DNA of 64,000 nt, taken from Nymphaea colorata. Lineage: Eukaryota. The DNA lies in contig NC_045138.2 in assembly GCF_008831285.2 (NCBI RefSeq), positions 36,084,001 to 36,148,000 on the forward strand. The letters run 5' to 3'. Below the pieces are notes generated by a model that was given only the letters and a program-made list of their open reading frames with translations, ran no database searches and was not told the DNA's origin. How positions within the stretch are numbered: position 1 is the stretch's first letter; every line of letters begins with the position of its first letter. Below, in pieces: positions 38,353 through 52,700 of this stretch. Position numbers and translations under genes: made by a program.

Positions 38353-39134
38353 TGGCGGAGGTTGCATCAGAGTTTTAGTCAGAGCTAAAGAGCGGTTCAG
38401 CTGATGAGTCATAAACGATTCCATCTCAATCGGCAATACGAATACGTGGGTAACAGGAAGAAGGCACTTAATGCAATTATTTCTTGTTCTATCAATGGTT
38501 TCTGAAGATGATGAGCTAATGAAGCCGTACATGTGGTAAGATCGTAGAGAAGCTTGCATAGACCTGATCTTTTGCATCACATTCAATTCTGATGAGTCAA
38601 AGATGACGAGAAAAAGATGGTAATTCGTACTCTAGAACAAGACACGGAGAAGAGAAATCAATACGCGCAGATCAATTTTACAAAAATACTTACAGATTTT
38701 TCCTTCAGAGTTCAAGTTACGAGAAACTCAGAAACATCAAGAGGACAAATGTTCATGAATTCCTGAATATAACATGACCAATGAGTTTTACATGTGCAGA
38801 CAAGCAATGAACGAAACGAATTTAATTCAACTGCCTTGTTTGCTCGGCTATAAAGTCAGCAGCTCGGAACGCGTTATCTGTGGTCACAAACTGTGAAGGA
38901 AGACCATAGTGGTATCGCCATGCATGACGAGAGCAGGTAAACAGAAAAGGGATTCATATCTGACAGATATGAAATGAATGAAGAATGAATTGATTTCCTT
39001 GATCGTCTTAAAATTATATGTATCTAGAGAGTACAAAAAACGTCCCAAATTTTTTCAGGATCTAAGAACTCATGAATCTCTGTTGGAATGCCCAATACTA
39101 TCAACTGAGCAACACTGGAGAGACATACTTCCTC

Positions 39135-39851
39135 CTAAAAATCGAGCCATTTATCGAAATATGCACAAGTCTTTGGCGAAATAATCCCATCAGGCGTGCA
39201 CTCGTGAATTACTGGACAAACCCCACAAGGCACGCCAACGAACGGCGCGTGTTCCGGTGCCCCTTTCTTGCAGAACCTATAGCAGACCTTCCTTACCGGC
39301 ACAGACGAGAAGATCCCCGTCCCCGTACTCACAACCTCCTCCAAATCCCTCTCCAGGACCAGAGCATCGACCACTTGTTTGATCTCCTTCGTCTGAAACT
39401 CGACGCTCATCAGCCCTGACTTTCTGATGAAGTCTGTAATAGACTCGATTGTGGCGACCTTCTGCTGGGCGACGAATTTCAAGCAGACCATCTTCAGATT
39501 GGATACGAGTTCGTTGTCAAAATCCTTGCCGCTGTACCACTTGCCGCCGCTGACCTCCTCCGATGGCTCCAACTCTATCAGCATGTACATCTTTTTGGTG
39601 GGGTTGGAGATGTTGTGGACGGCCTTTATCTTCTGGTGCTGGAGAAGGGTGTTGATAGATTTCTTCACTTGGTTGTCGGTGATGCTGGCTTTGTACTTGA
39701 TATCTCTGGTCCAGATGCCCACGTTGCCGCTCTCCTTGATCACCTCGTAGACTTGGAGGTCCACCGCCGATAGCTGGCCGGTGGCCTTCGACCCCTTCGA
39801 CGAACCCCCCGCCGCCGGTGGACGTCCCATCTGAGCGGCCGTTCTTTTCAT
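39135..39851 (-). CDS. RPC6: RNA polymerase III subunit RPC6 (RPC34/C39 family), 238 aa, single-exon CDS
   Basis: VYEVIKESGNVGIWTRDIK, ELEPSEEVSGGKWY and the C-terminal Cys cluster PCGVCPVIHECTPDGIISPKTCAYFDKWLDF. Confidence 0.95.
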   Translation of the reverse strand: MKRTAAQMGRPPAAGGSSKGSKATGQLSAVDLQVYEVIKESGNVGIWTRDIKYKASITDNQVKKSINTLLQHQKIKAVHNISNPTKKMYMLIELEPSEEVSGGKWYSGKDFDNELVSNLKMVCLKFVAQQKVATIESITDFIRKSGLMSVEFQTKEIKQVVDALVLERDLEEVVSTGTGIFSSVPVRKVCYRFCKKGAPEHAPFVGVPCGVCPVIHECTPDGIISPKTCAYFDKWLDF

Positions 39852-42800
39852 CTAAGAATCACAGTAGACCACTCAAATGGGCGTTCTTTCAGGTCATGGC
39901 TCCTCAGAAGAGTTGTTGTAGCAGCAGCCGCAAAGTGGGAGAGAGCGAGAGGGAGGGACTGGGAGATGAAGAAAGAGGGGCACCACTGTGGCCGGGGCGA
40001 CAAACGGTGATTCGCGTCGGATACGTAACGAGTTCGGGTCATCTATAGATATCAAATCTAGTTGTCTCGCAAGCCCCCTTGTTCATCATTGAGCTTATGG
40101 ACTCAACTCTCGCCTAGAATCCCATCAATGTATCATTTTAGAAGTAAACAATGAAGTCAAATGGATGAAAACGGATTTTAACTATGATAGAGTCTGGGCT
40201 TCGGTTGAAACAAACTTTTACTGAATTGGCAGAATTTATGTAAATCAGATTCATTTGTTTTAAAATGAATAAAAATATATATATCCGGCACTTATATATC
40301 ATCACGCGAAATTGAATACTGGACCCTTATTTCGAATTCAATTTGAAAATGCAAGTTCGAATCCAATTATTAATCATGTCAGGTTTTCTCTACCGGATCT
40401 AGGTAAATGGCTTACGCTGTATTCCTTGCGTTAGCAATAAAAGAAAAAGAAAATTCAGCGTAACTCAGTATGCGCTGGTGATTGCACCCAAACAGCAGAA
40501 TTTGGGATCCAAATTCCAATTAATGATATCAATAATAGTTGTTTTTATTATTAGGACTATATTGTTACTAATTCGGTCCAGTTACCATTTTTTGCATGCT
40601 TGTGAATTTACAATAAAGGTTTTACTTTGCCTAGTTGCTCAAGTATTCTGAATTACGTTTGTTATCTCCATCGATCACGATGGATTGCTAAATGTTTTCT
40701 TCATCGGGTAAGAGGTGGTGAGATTTTCAGTTTTGTGGTACTCAAAAATAGGTATATAATCAAAATTTATCACAATCTTCTTTCTTTCTTTCTTTTTTTT
40801 TTATTGGCCTCAACTTCAAGGTAGCTGGTCGGGTGACAGCAAAAAATGCACTGCAGTTGATCAAGTCTATTGCAGGGTGCTACTCTCTTAGACTGCAAAT
40901 GGTGAAGAGCGCAATGCTCTAGCTGATGCTGATGGACATATTGCTCAATGTTCTTTTCTTCATCAGCTCAGAGATTTTCTTCGATTAACATATTTTTGTT
41001 GGGATCAAAGAGGATTCATGTTCCAAACATTAATGATAGGCAGCAGTTGAAACTTAAAACCTGCGGGGTGAAGCAGCGAACAACAAAGCAGGATGAGGCT
41101 CGTGAAATTTCAGGCCGTTTATCATGAAGATTTGAAATCCATGTATCTAACATCGGACCATCTTTTCTCTTATCTTAAATCAAACCTTTTTCTGAATGCA
41201 AAAAGTAAAACTGAAAACGCACCCTTTCTTTTGGAAGAGATAAATCCTTGTCTGTCTGATTATGAAATGAACTTTTCAATTCCACCGGAAAATACAACAT
41301 TTATAGTCCTCCACTATCTGAGGTTTCTTTTTCCAGCAAAATATGAATGCAGAGTAGGCCAATTTTGCCAGACTCTTGGCCATGCAAGTGAATTTAGGTT
41401 GTACATATCTCTCCCAAATCTTTCTCTCGTTTAGAAGCGTATCAGGGAGAGCTTCTGCCATGTCTCCATGGTGCTCTTTTATAGAACTGCCTACTTTGTG
41501 CACAATGCCTGGTCTTGAACCATCCAAAATCATGATATATGACAAGTTGATGATCGGTTCAAATATGTTCACCTTTCCAATCCATTCCTTGTCCTCAACA
41601 ATGCAATTACATAACCCCAATTCTATATTGATATCATGTATTGGTTATGGAAAAATATTCACCTTCATAATGTCATCAATCTAAGCACTTATTAGTTTAT
41701 GTCGGCTGATGCTCATCGTATTGATCGCTATTCATAAGGAAAGATTTTTTTTTTTTTTTTTTACTTAAAACTTACTTGAAACAAATATGTGAATGTGAAC
41801 TGGCTGATATAGAGAATCAACTTTCTAATTTTTGACAAAATTGACAAGAGACTCTAAAAAGTTTGGCTGATATATAGAGAATCAACTTTCAATGATCATC
41901 TACTTTTATCCTTGTCCTTGGGACACAATGCTAACTTTGGAACATGGGCGAGGCACACTATGTCGTGTTGAGCATTCACCTTTTGCAGTCTAGCTATGTT
42001 ACAACCCTCATATACGGTAAAAGTTTTAACGGTATGTCTGTCCAACCTACTGTGCTACATCCCTCGCTACGGATGTTAGATAAGTTCTCTTTTCCCGAGT
42101 CACATGAGAAAAAAAAAGAAGGGACAATTGAAAAAGTAAAATAAACATAGGAAAGTGAGCTATTTTCATAATATCTTAATTCATAAAAAAAAAATTAAGA
42201 TGCGAAAGTGAAAGGGAGACGCGAAAGCATTCAACTTTTACAGGGTCCACAAAGTGATTTGGAATCCCACAATCAAAATATCTATAAAAAGCATAAAGCT
42301 CGATGGGTGAGCATGTTTTTAGTCTATTTCCTGAATTGGCCGTTCGCTCGTTGTGTTTCTTCTAACAAGAATCTCATTGACGTTTGAAGCCGAGCAAATA
42401 CGTCCAAACAATTACGAACAGACTCTCACGACTCAGTGAATCCGTCCGTAGCATATTGTATAGAGACTTTTCCTGAACACCAAACCCTTTTCAGCTTCAA
42501 ATATATGAACAAATTTTCCTTGTTTGAGAACGTAACAGGAACAGTACGTCATACGAAACATAGTATTCCATGAATATGTTCAATCATATTTGCAACATAT
42601 TCTTGATACAATGTGTTTCAAATAACACGCTGTTCTTACTATCAAACCCCCTCCATGTCTATAATTTGTTATTATGAAACACATTAACAGGATCTAATGA
42701 ATGAAAAAAATATAATAGAAGTTGTAGGCAGATGAAATTTTGCACAGTATCTTCAAAGCACGACATGGTCTTGAAAAATTGCATCGATTCCAAAGTATTT

Positions 42801-43388
42801 TATATAAAAATTTTTGTAATTTTTTTGTGTTCCTGCGATTTTCTTTTATTCATTGTACTTTTATAAATGTAGTAGTAGGCTTTTATATTTCTGATTAATA
42901 ACAAAAATTCTAACACGTAGCGGGCTTGTTTGTTCCCGGTATTTTTTGCACCCGACGAGATTTATTAGCCACTGGTCGATAATCGGGTTGTGAGGATTTA
43001 GTTCTTCATCCTCCTCGATCCGGTGACACGGATCCAGAACATGAAACCTGTAGAAACACCTTCCCGGTTTCCGTTGACGCCAACGTTCCTCCTTCCCTGT
43101 CTTTCAATTTTTTCCCTCCTTTCTTCCTCGATCATCCGGAAACCCCAACCTTGTTGCTCTTAGTTCTTCTTATCTGGAGAAAATGGGAATTTCTTTTCGG
43201 ACGTAATTTTCCTTTGTTGGCTTTTGAAAGAGGGGGGTGTCCGTTGGTTTTCTCCGTTGGTTTAGGGTTTCCAGATCACCACCTCCGGTTTTTTAATTCT
43301 CCGCGCCGATGGATTTTTGTGGATCGATTGGGGGTTGATATCATGAAATCGTCGAGGGAGAGGGAGGGTGACACAGGAAGGGAAGGAG

Positions 43389-46300
43389 ATGGAGCTCAAG
43401 GGGAACTTTGTTCATCAACTGCAAATTTTGCCGCGCTCATTTCGTGTTCCGAAAATGTTTCCCGGCCGGACCCGCGTGTTCTGCACTATAAGAGTCTCGC
43501 CTTTTAGGTCCTCTTCTTTAGGGACCTGTTTTTATTGTATGAAATTGTTGATCATGGGCATGTGGTTGCAACTAATTGGAGTTTTAGTCTTTGTTGGTTC
43601 GATCATTTTTCTTGATGATTTCGTTATTCTGGATTATTAATTTTTTGAACCGTCGTGATCAACTTGTTCTTGGTTAATGATTCTGTTGATTGTTTGATCT
43701 TGTCTGATGGTAGGTGAAATTGTTTTTATGCCGGTTGAGTAGGTCGGCTTGAAATTTCTACGAGTTATTTCCGGACAATAAGGCACTTTAGAACTTTTAG
43801 TGTTTAGCTGTACTGCATTATCTCCACCTGAAAGAACGTTTTTTCCTTGTTGCAGCCATGGACAAGTGTTCCTGGTAGCTTTTGAATGTTTTTCCTCCCG
43901 GCTTGCTGGCTTTTGAGACACCAGTATTCATTTTTCATTGACCTCCTTAATTGTTGGAAAAGGAAACCTACCTATTGTGAGAAAGCCCTCTGATCTTAGG
44001 AATCATGTTGTACGTTCTAATGTCCTTCTGATCCATGTTTGTGCACAGAGAGGGTACTGGATGACACACTAAGGGTCGTACTGATCATTTGTGTCAATAA
44101 AACATTCAAGAATTCGGTAGGCCAGTATAAATAGTTAAATAACAGCTCTAAATGCTTTATTTTGGATACTTTCCTGAATGCATGTTCTGGTTACTTTTGC
44201 TGTCTCTCTTACGTTACTGCTGGTAGTGGCCTTTCTTATGCTGTTGCACTGGTAACATAAGAAAGTGATTAGTGCATGACTCCATGGAATATTTGAAGCA
44301 GTTGCTTGCCTTCCTGTACTAAAAGGATGCCCTCATTGTTGCTTATTATGGCTGACTATTTTGGACATATTATCTTTTTCAGGGATGTGCTTACTGTCTC
44401 CTCTAGCAGATGGAAAAGGGTTGAAGCACTGAATAATGATGGCTTTCAAAGTCTTCAGCAATCTTCAATCGGTTCAGGCGACATCTCAAAGTTGCCTGAC
44501 CTTTCGTTTGATAGACTGCAAATCAGCGATCAAGAGTGCCACAAAGGACCTAAAAGGGTTTTTGGTAGATACGTCGCCCGTGGTGCTGTATTAGATGAAG
44601 AATATTGGGTATGCCTTTCTTTGTCCAAAAGTTTTCTTGCATTATGAAACTCGTGAAGGGTTTATTTCATTTTTTTACAATTTTCGTCTTGACTTATGTT
44701 TGAGTTCTTGTTTCTTTTTTGTAACAGACGGCAGCATGGTTACGGGCTGAGAGTCATTTGGAACATGTAGCATATACACGGTCTGTATTTCCTACTATCT
44801 TTGAGAATACTCTTGTAACCGACCTATTTTTCTGTTTGCTCCTAAGATCTCTTTTCTCTCAGCTGCCTATTGCCATCACATGTTGCTAAGATTCACCATC
44901 TGATTTCACAGATATGCTGATGTTTACAAAAGGAACTTTGCTGAGCAGGTGAGTTCTTATTGACAAGACTAAGATTAGTTTTATTTGAGATATCCTAACT
45001 TTATTATAGAGATAGAGAGCCACACAGATGATGGTAAACTTGTTTAGAAAAGATTTTGTGGGTGACATGGTCATCTAAATGATCTTAGATTGATGTGACA
45101 TTGTTGTTGTTGTTGCCCTGGGTGGTTGTTGGTCTTTGGATGTATTGTATGATCTGCATAGTACATTTTCTAGTTTTGAGAATTTGGCTAGTGAGGTTAT
45201 CATTCTTCTTTCCTATTGTGCTAAGTGCTAAGTTATATATATATATATATATATATATATTCAGAAATTTCCTTCTTTTATGTAGGAGTTCAATTCTTTG
45301 AAAGAACGATGTGCTGAACGGCCAGGGAACACATTCAAGTGCTATTGCATTGTTGCAGTATGAATTATATACTACATTCCACCTTCTTTTCCTTTGCCAA
45401 GCATGCATATACGACTGTTTGCATGGTTCCTTAATTTTTAATTTGCCTTGTTAGCACACAAAATTAGTTTGTGCTGTTAGGATATGGCCATAAGGTTATG
45501 GAGATGAGATGTACAATTAGTGGAAATGGCATGTGACAATAACTCTGTTACCTGGATATATAAAGAAAATCCAGGTATATTCTTCAAATATAAATTATAA
45601 TACTCTAAATAACAAACAAAAATATGTTACTCCTAAAAATATGACTATTTAATTTTTATGAACCTGGGTCACCCTGGTCTGATTATGTTTACAGTAATTT
45701 GGTCTTCTTACCAGCCTCTCTGTTACATGATGTTGTTGGATTTGGGGATGCATGAGAAGAAATTGTCCTATGATTGGATTTGTTTTCTTAACCATGACAT
45801 TTATCACGTGGTATTCCTGGATACAAAAAGTGAATGATCCAAAATAATCTTCTGGTTTGTGTACTCATGAGAGAATATCTACTTCTAGAAATTATTGTCG
45901 TTCTTTTGTGGGTTTTTTTAGACACAGATGTCTACTTGCTAAACATCCTTGTCTCCTTTTATATGTTAAGGTACTAGTGAGCTATCAAAATTGGTATTTC
46001 CTTTGCTCATGAATTTGGAACATCTTTTAGTATGTTAAGGTACTATATACTTGTCTATAGTTATTTTTATTCTTTGACGTTGCTGCGGTATTGTGCCAAT
46101 CTAGCTAGACCCAGCTAAGATTGCAACCGTAACCAACCCTACCTGGGGAACATCGAAAATGCAAAATTGATTTTAATTCGGCTCAACCAAACTCCAACCT
46201 GATTCGATTCGGGTTCAATTTAACCCTTATAATGACCCTAGCCTGAGGTGTGGGAAGTTGGTTAGTCTGAGATCAAATCTATCCCAGACAAATTGGATGA

Positions 46301-48001
46301 GATATCTAAAACGGTTCTTGTGTATCTCACCTGGTTCAATTTGGATTCACATTCCTAGAGCATCTTAATGTGATATCCTGCACAGAAGCGAAGTGTCTAT
46401 CTCAAGTCCCCAGATAGAAATACCATGTGATTGTCCACCCATGCAATGATATTCAGAAAAGTGTCCACAGAGTGGGCCTACCTTGTGCTTTTGATTGCTG
46501 AACAGTATTGGCTCCTAAATTATTCCTTACAATGTGTTTTTGGTAATCTTCAATGATCTTCTGCCATTATCCATCTTTCTTTTTTGTTTTCCCTTTTTTC
46601 TCTCTTTGCTAAGGTTATCCTTACATGTTGTTTCCTTGATGTCAGGCCAAGAAGGAGGAAAAAAATGTTAGACGAACTTTGTTGAATAGCATTGTTGGGA
46701 CACTTGATGTATGCATTCGATCATTTTCTCATGGGGAGAGCTTCCCAGGGGTTTGTCGCATGAAGAACCTATACCTTTGATTTTTTACCTTTTCTTTTCA
46801 TTTTCAGTTTTCAATTAGTACTTTTATCTTACTATGGCTTTACTCTTAGGATTTAAGAAGAGCTGCAACATTTACTGCTGTTGGTGCTAGTTGCATGAGA
46901 AGGTATGCTTATGTTGCAAATCTCTGTGTGGCAAAATATGCTCGACGACAAGGTATTGGAAAAAATATGATGTATCTGGCTATTGATTTTGCAATGTTGG
47001 CAGGTATTTTTCCCTTTAGAACTTTCTAGAGCTTGAACTTGTTTTCTTTTTTCCCCTTAGTTTGGGTTCTCAATTTCAGATCAGGATATGGAATTTCACT
47101 TTTTCACCACTTTTCATTTTTCTTTTCTTCCTTTAGGTATCAAGAAGATATTTATCCATGTGAATGGGACTAACAAGCCTGCTCAAGAACTTTATCAGAA
47201 GATTGGTTTTGAGGTTAAGAATTTGAACATACACGAAGTTTTGTTTATTCTGCGCTTGTCAATGTGCACACGTTTCTCCACTTCATGATTTGTTTTGACC
47301 ATTTGAAGTTGTCAGACGATTTTTTGCATTACTCCAATCTAAACTCTTGGATTGTGGATCCCTTTCTTGCTGTCCCACTTGGCAAAATAATGTCTGATTT
47401 TGGGGTACTACAAGACAATGTGCCGACTCTGCGAGTAATGAGCTATAACATACATGCTTGTGTTTTAACTAGTTCTACATTTACACTTTATTTTATATAT
47501 TCGTACATGATTGAATGCTTTAGTGCATCTGTGCCTCTACCTTAATGTGTTTCTGAAAGATAAGCATATCAATGAGCTTACTTGTGTTTTGTCCATGGTT
47601 GTGAATCCTGGTTCAAGCCATCACAAAGTTATGCTCATTGATGTGGATGAAGTTTGTAACGAAAGAAAAGAAGCTCCTCTTGCATGACAAAATCTCATCT
47701 TGAAAAGAAAATTCCCTTTTGTTATCCTTCTAAATTTTTCTTGATTATTATGATCTCGTCCATTTGATTTTTTTTTTTTTTTTACTATTGATCAACTAAT
47801 TTTTGTGTGCACCACCGAAAAGCTTAAGTTTCTTCTGCTTTGAAATTTCTCTTTATAAAGCTAGAACAGCTCTGGAATGTGCTAGTCTGGATATTTACGT
47901 GCATGATTGTTGTTTGAAGAAGCTATATAGTGGACTAATGCTGAAAACTTATATTCTGAAGAGTCTGTGGCAGATTGACTACTTAATAATTAATCTGAAA
48001 G

Positions 48002-48042
<41 letters not shown>

Positions 48043-48239
48043 TGTGTGTGTCTGTTTGTGTTTATGTGCAACATTAAGAACTATTGAATCCTCAATGCTG
48101 TCTATCTTCGTAATGACATTTCTATCTTTGTCTTGACCTGGGTGCATTGATAACTTTATTTTTGTTGCTGCAGATGGTGGAAGAAGCTTCATCTCCTATG
48201 GCAATGGATGAGAGGTTGCTTATGTGTTTGAATCTCTAG
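43389..48239 (+). CDS. GCN5-related N-acetyltransferase, plastid GNAT6-like
   Basis: Nine phase-compatible exons: 43389-43507, 44383-44608, 44728-44780, 44912-44948, 45286-45357, 46646-46750, 46850-47003, 47137-47213, 48174-48239. Motifs DEEYWTAAWLRAES, YVANLCVAKYARRQGIG (acetyl-CoA binding) and IHVNGTNKPAQELYQKIGF. Confidence 0.92.
48002..48051. repeat. compound (CT)n(GT)n microsatellite in the last GNAT intron
   Basis: Visible dinucleotide runs. Confidence 0.9.
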
Positions 48240-48412
48240 AGTCTAGATTGTAAGATCCAGACTTTCACTTAGCTGTATACCCTGTACAAGGTTTTCCACC
48301 AGACTCGTTTTAGTAAATCTGGTGGCCGTCCTATAAGGCAATATATCTTTTCCTTGCCTGCGGACGTTTCTCTCTCTATCATGTACAGCAACTAATCCTT
48401 GTATGTCTGTTT

Positions 48413-48506
48413 GATGCTTGCCTTCACAAAATGGAATGAATTGCTAAAGTTTGACCACGGATGCTTGCCTTCACAAAATGGAATGAATTGCTAAAGTTTG
48501 ACCACG
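48413..48506. repeat. 47-bp perfect tandem duplication in the GNAT 3' region
   Basis: gatgcttgccttcacaaaatggaatgaattgctaaagtttgaccacg twice. Confidence 0.92.
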
Positions 48507-49754
48507 GATGGCTTTGTTCCATGTGCTGCCGCATTTTCGCGAATTTCTTACTTTCCAACTTTGCATGAGAGCTAGGGTCCGTCAACACACCTAGCGTGAT
48601 TGAAACATGATGAGTTTCGTCCTCTGCTTGAACTATTTATTTATGTTTTCCGCTGTCGGGTCTAAACGGTTGTTCAAATCCAGGTTCTTCGATCTGATCT
48701 AGTCATCTTCTTCCTAGCTTTTTGACAATTGGAGCCATGGGTTTATGGTGAAGTAGCGATTTAGTGAAATTTATGAAACCATGCATCAAGTCACGTTGGC
48801 TTTAATATTTTTGAAAACAACATTGTTAAAAATTCCATCATGGGAAATTCCTCTTTGCATTTACGCTTGGCGATCACCTGTTTGAAAAATTTTTCATGTT
48901 CTCGGACGGCTTTAGATCCACTACTGTGCTGATCGCTGAGGAGCGATCTGCTACATAAGATGCTGAATCAAAACATGCCGTGTAACTGTCGAAGTGGAAG
49001 GGGCTCAACTTGTCAGCTTAGTCTCCAACGATCCATATATTTCAGTTACTCGATAAACTAGGGAAGGGGTAAAGGCTTCATGGTTCGTTTTTCATGTAAT
49101 ACTCTCTATGCATGAGAGAGCTGATGCACGTTCATGGCTTCTAAGGATTATTGGGAATTTTCATCTCAAAAGATCGCACACACCTTTTCTTTTTAAATTC
49201 AACGTAAGGTTCATATTTTTCGATGTTCTGATATGACACATTTTACAGGAGCATGTGCCCTCCACATTTTACTGGTAAGATCAAGTTAACGTTTGTCGCC
49301 TGAATATGCAATTTTGTATACTTTTTCCGTATAATTGGAAAATGGTCCTTCATCCCGTAGGAAAATAAATATAGTATAGTCTTATTCAGCTTAACCGAGT
49401 TTCTTAACTGTCTTATTGATCGTTGTCAGAGCACGGGGAAGTTTTTAGTTAAGGTAGTCTTTTTGTATCCTTGCCAAAGCGAAAAATCTAGGAAAGATTA
49501 ATTTTCGTCCGAGGGGCACCGTTGGGCTTTATCTCCTAAAAACTCGCCTGTGGCCAAGAAACCATTTCTCCACTTCCGTCCCCGCTGCCGTTTTAGATCC
49601 TACGAAAATATCTCAGAGAGATGAGGCCAGGGATAGCTGGGCCTTGGAGTTTCCGGTTCTTCAAGACCTCCGAGTAGAAGAAGCATAACCCCTGATGGTT
49701 AAAGTTGGTGCCAACTAAAAGACTCTATGAGGAGAGGTTGACCCCCGCGCCCTC

Positions 49755-52700
49755 ATGGCTGCAGTTTTGGGCTTGTCTCTTCATCTTCCCCACTCTCTGC
49801 GTCCTTCCCGTCGATTCTATGCAGGAAGGAGAAGCAACTCGTCTTTTTCTTTCGATTGCAGTTCTCTAAGTAAGTCCTATTGCATATGGATGAGTGCTTT
49901 TCTGGTTTCCTGCTACTCTTATCTCTGCCCTTTCTCGGTTATACCATCCCATCGAGTAGTTCGAATGCTGAATGAAGCTCGGCAGCACCTGTTATCGAGT
50001 GAGAAGTGTATGACGAGACGCACGAGCAAGAAATGGAATTTGGGTAGTGACGGTCAGTGATGCGGCTGTGTTGCGATGGCGATCTAGATGTAAAGCTAAT
50101 GGAAAAATCACTTCTACGAGTGCACGCGCCTATATGAGATCGGAATTAGCGTCAGAGAAAAGGTTTGCAGTTTTGAGGAGAATATTCTTACGCTTGTAAG
50201 ATATGAAGGGTAACTTGGTTACGTTTTAGGTTGTATGATATTGGGAGAAGGGGGTTATACAATCTGGTAGAGTGTCGGGGTAGGAGTGCAGTTGCATATC
50301 ATTTGTGGGAATAGCAAAAGTAATTCGTGTAAGCGAGGATAAGCGCCAACGAAGTTATGGACGTTCTGGTTCTTGCTTGTATCCCTTTGAGCAAGAACCA
50401 AGTATAGCTCCAACTAGTACCGCTGACATAGGTGATAGGAAGGGAGACAATTACTCATCTACTATCATTTATCCCCATCTAATCTGAGTCTCAGATTCAT
50501 CTAGGCAAGTTTCAATTGTTGAACCTGAACGGAGTGCATCTTCGAATTTATGTGGTAGGTTTCCGGCCGTTGCCACACAATCATAAATTTCATGAATTTA
50601 TCAGGCGAGGAGACACAAACTTGTCTCTTTTGGTTATGTTACTGTTGTCTGGATTATTATGCAACTTACTTTAGCATTTAGAAATCCCAACTGGCAACAT
50701 GCAATTAATGGTATTTATATTTTCTTTCATGGCCAAGAGAAATTATGTGTTCCACTGTCTTCATAATCGCTAGTCATTTCTGATGTATGAGGGATCTCTA
50801 GCAGCCACGAGGTGCAGTTTTTGGTTTGAATGTCAGAAGGGACTTAAACCAAATTTGAAATGAATCTTGAAGATTGTGAACAGTACAGTTACATATTATA
50901 ATTTTGATAGAAGCATTCAGTCAGGCGATGATAAACAAATAGACCTCCGCTGTTTCAACTGGCTGGCGGTCTTCCTGCATTTAATATTGATGAACCAGTT
51001 TACTTGCTTAGCACGTGTTTCCTACATTCATATTAACTACATCTGATTGCAGGACGATATCAATCCATAAGTAAAACTTCAGTTCGAGCTTTTTCATGCA
51101 AGGCTTCTCCTGGTGAATCCTGGAAAATATTCGCCAAGGTATCTGAGACAACTGATGCAGAATCAACAGATAACGTAAATGGTGATGGTAAAGATCCCTC
51201 TGAACAAACAAAGGTAAATTTGCAACAATTTCATTTCTGTTAGATCTCTTTTTCCTTTACTTTCCTCATCTGTGTTTCTGGATACAGCTGTGCTTGTTCT
51301 CTTGGGGTTGAAAATTTCTTTAATGTGAAAATATGGTTAATAATACTTTTCTAGGATCACTTCGTAGTTTACATGGTCCATAGGTCGTTCAGTTACATCA
51401 TGCCAAATGTTACGAGAGGAGCTGATTTCTATCTCTTTGTAGACTTGTTACAAGCCTTTACTTATTAAAAAATTTAGCAGGAACATCGTTTGCTATAGAG
51501 CACTGATGACAAGCTATCTGTTGATTGTCTAAGGGTAATGGAAGTTTTTAATCTGTGGGGATTTCTGCCATATGTTGCTAACATTCCTTCCATTTGACTT
51601 GGCTTCCTTAACCCCCAAAGTGTGCTTAAACAGTTCTTAAGACTCAATAAGTTTAAAACTTGCCTTAACCAGCATAGTCATGCTTATAATATATTAACAA
51701 AATTGGTGGTAAGTGATTGCCTTCATTTCATGCCTATTGAAGCCATAATATTAGGATTAGAAGGCCTGCTAGAAAGATATTATTGAGATCTCCCAATTAT
51801 TCTATGTCATTATGTAAAAGTTATTGCCTGCAAAAAAAGCATCAGCAATTTAACTGAATTATATAATTCGTTCTTATATATGTCCATATATATTAAACAA
51901 AATTTTGAACCTAGATGTTCAAAACGTAGCTCCATGTATCCTTCTAACAATCGGTCTTTGTTGACTCAATGGTGGATAAGCATCATTTGCTTAGGTTTTC
52001 ATTGAGTTCAACCGATCTGGCTCTTTGTTACTAGAATATCCATGAAAGGATGTATAAAATTTCAGTATAAAAGACAGATTCTGAACAGTAGATAAATATG
52101 TTATCTTTTTGAAATTTGTCTATCTACTCGTCTTTGTCCTCATCTAGGTCTTTCTTGTGTGTTTTGTTGTTTGTTCTTCTAACCTTGGTTGTACTCAGTA
52201 CCAAATGGTCCAAATGTACTAGTAAATGATTAAATATCTATTTGCTTGCCAGAGTCAGTAACGGTTGTGTAAATATTGTCTTGTTTGATGAGCAGACGCC
52301 TTTTGGATACACTAGGAAAGATGTCTTGCTGATAGGTGTGGGCATCACAGTTGCTGGTGTTGCTTTGAAAAGTGGATTGGAGGTGATCACGAGCAAAACT
52401 TGTTCAAGCTATTTTTTGTGAACAGTGGCTGTCATTTGTGTGTTTTTATGCACACGAGTGCATGTGTATTTTTGTTGATAAACTCTCTCTCTCTCACGTA
52501 ACTTCATTTATGATGTTACAGTTTGTTGGAGTAGACTCTTTACAAGCAGGCAATGTTGTTCAGTTGGTGGTTGTTCTGGGTTTGACTGTTGGGTGGATTT
52601 CGACATACATGTTCAGAGTATCTAACAAAGAAATGACATATGCTCAGCAGCTACGTGACTATGAAAATAAAGTCATGCAGGTTTGTTGCTGTTTATTTTG

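Noticed and set aside
40870..41700. ORF with ILDGSRPG...VGSSIKEHHGD, faintly like a LINE RNase H domain
   Set aside because: A single weak motif; it cannot be supported without a profile search.
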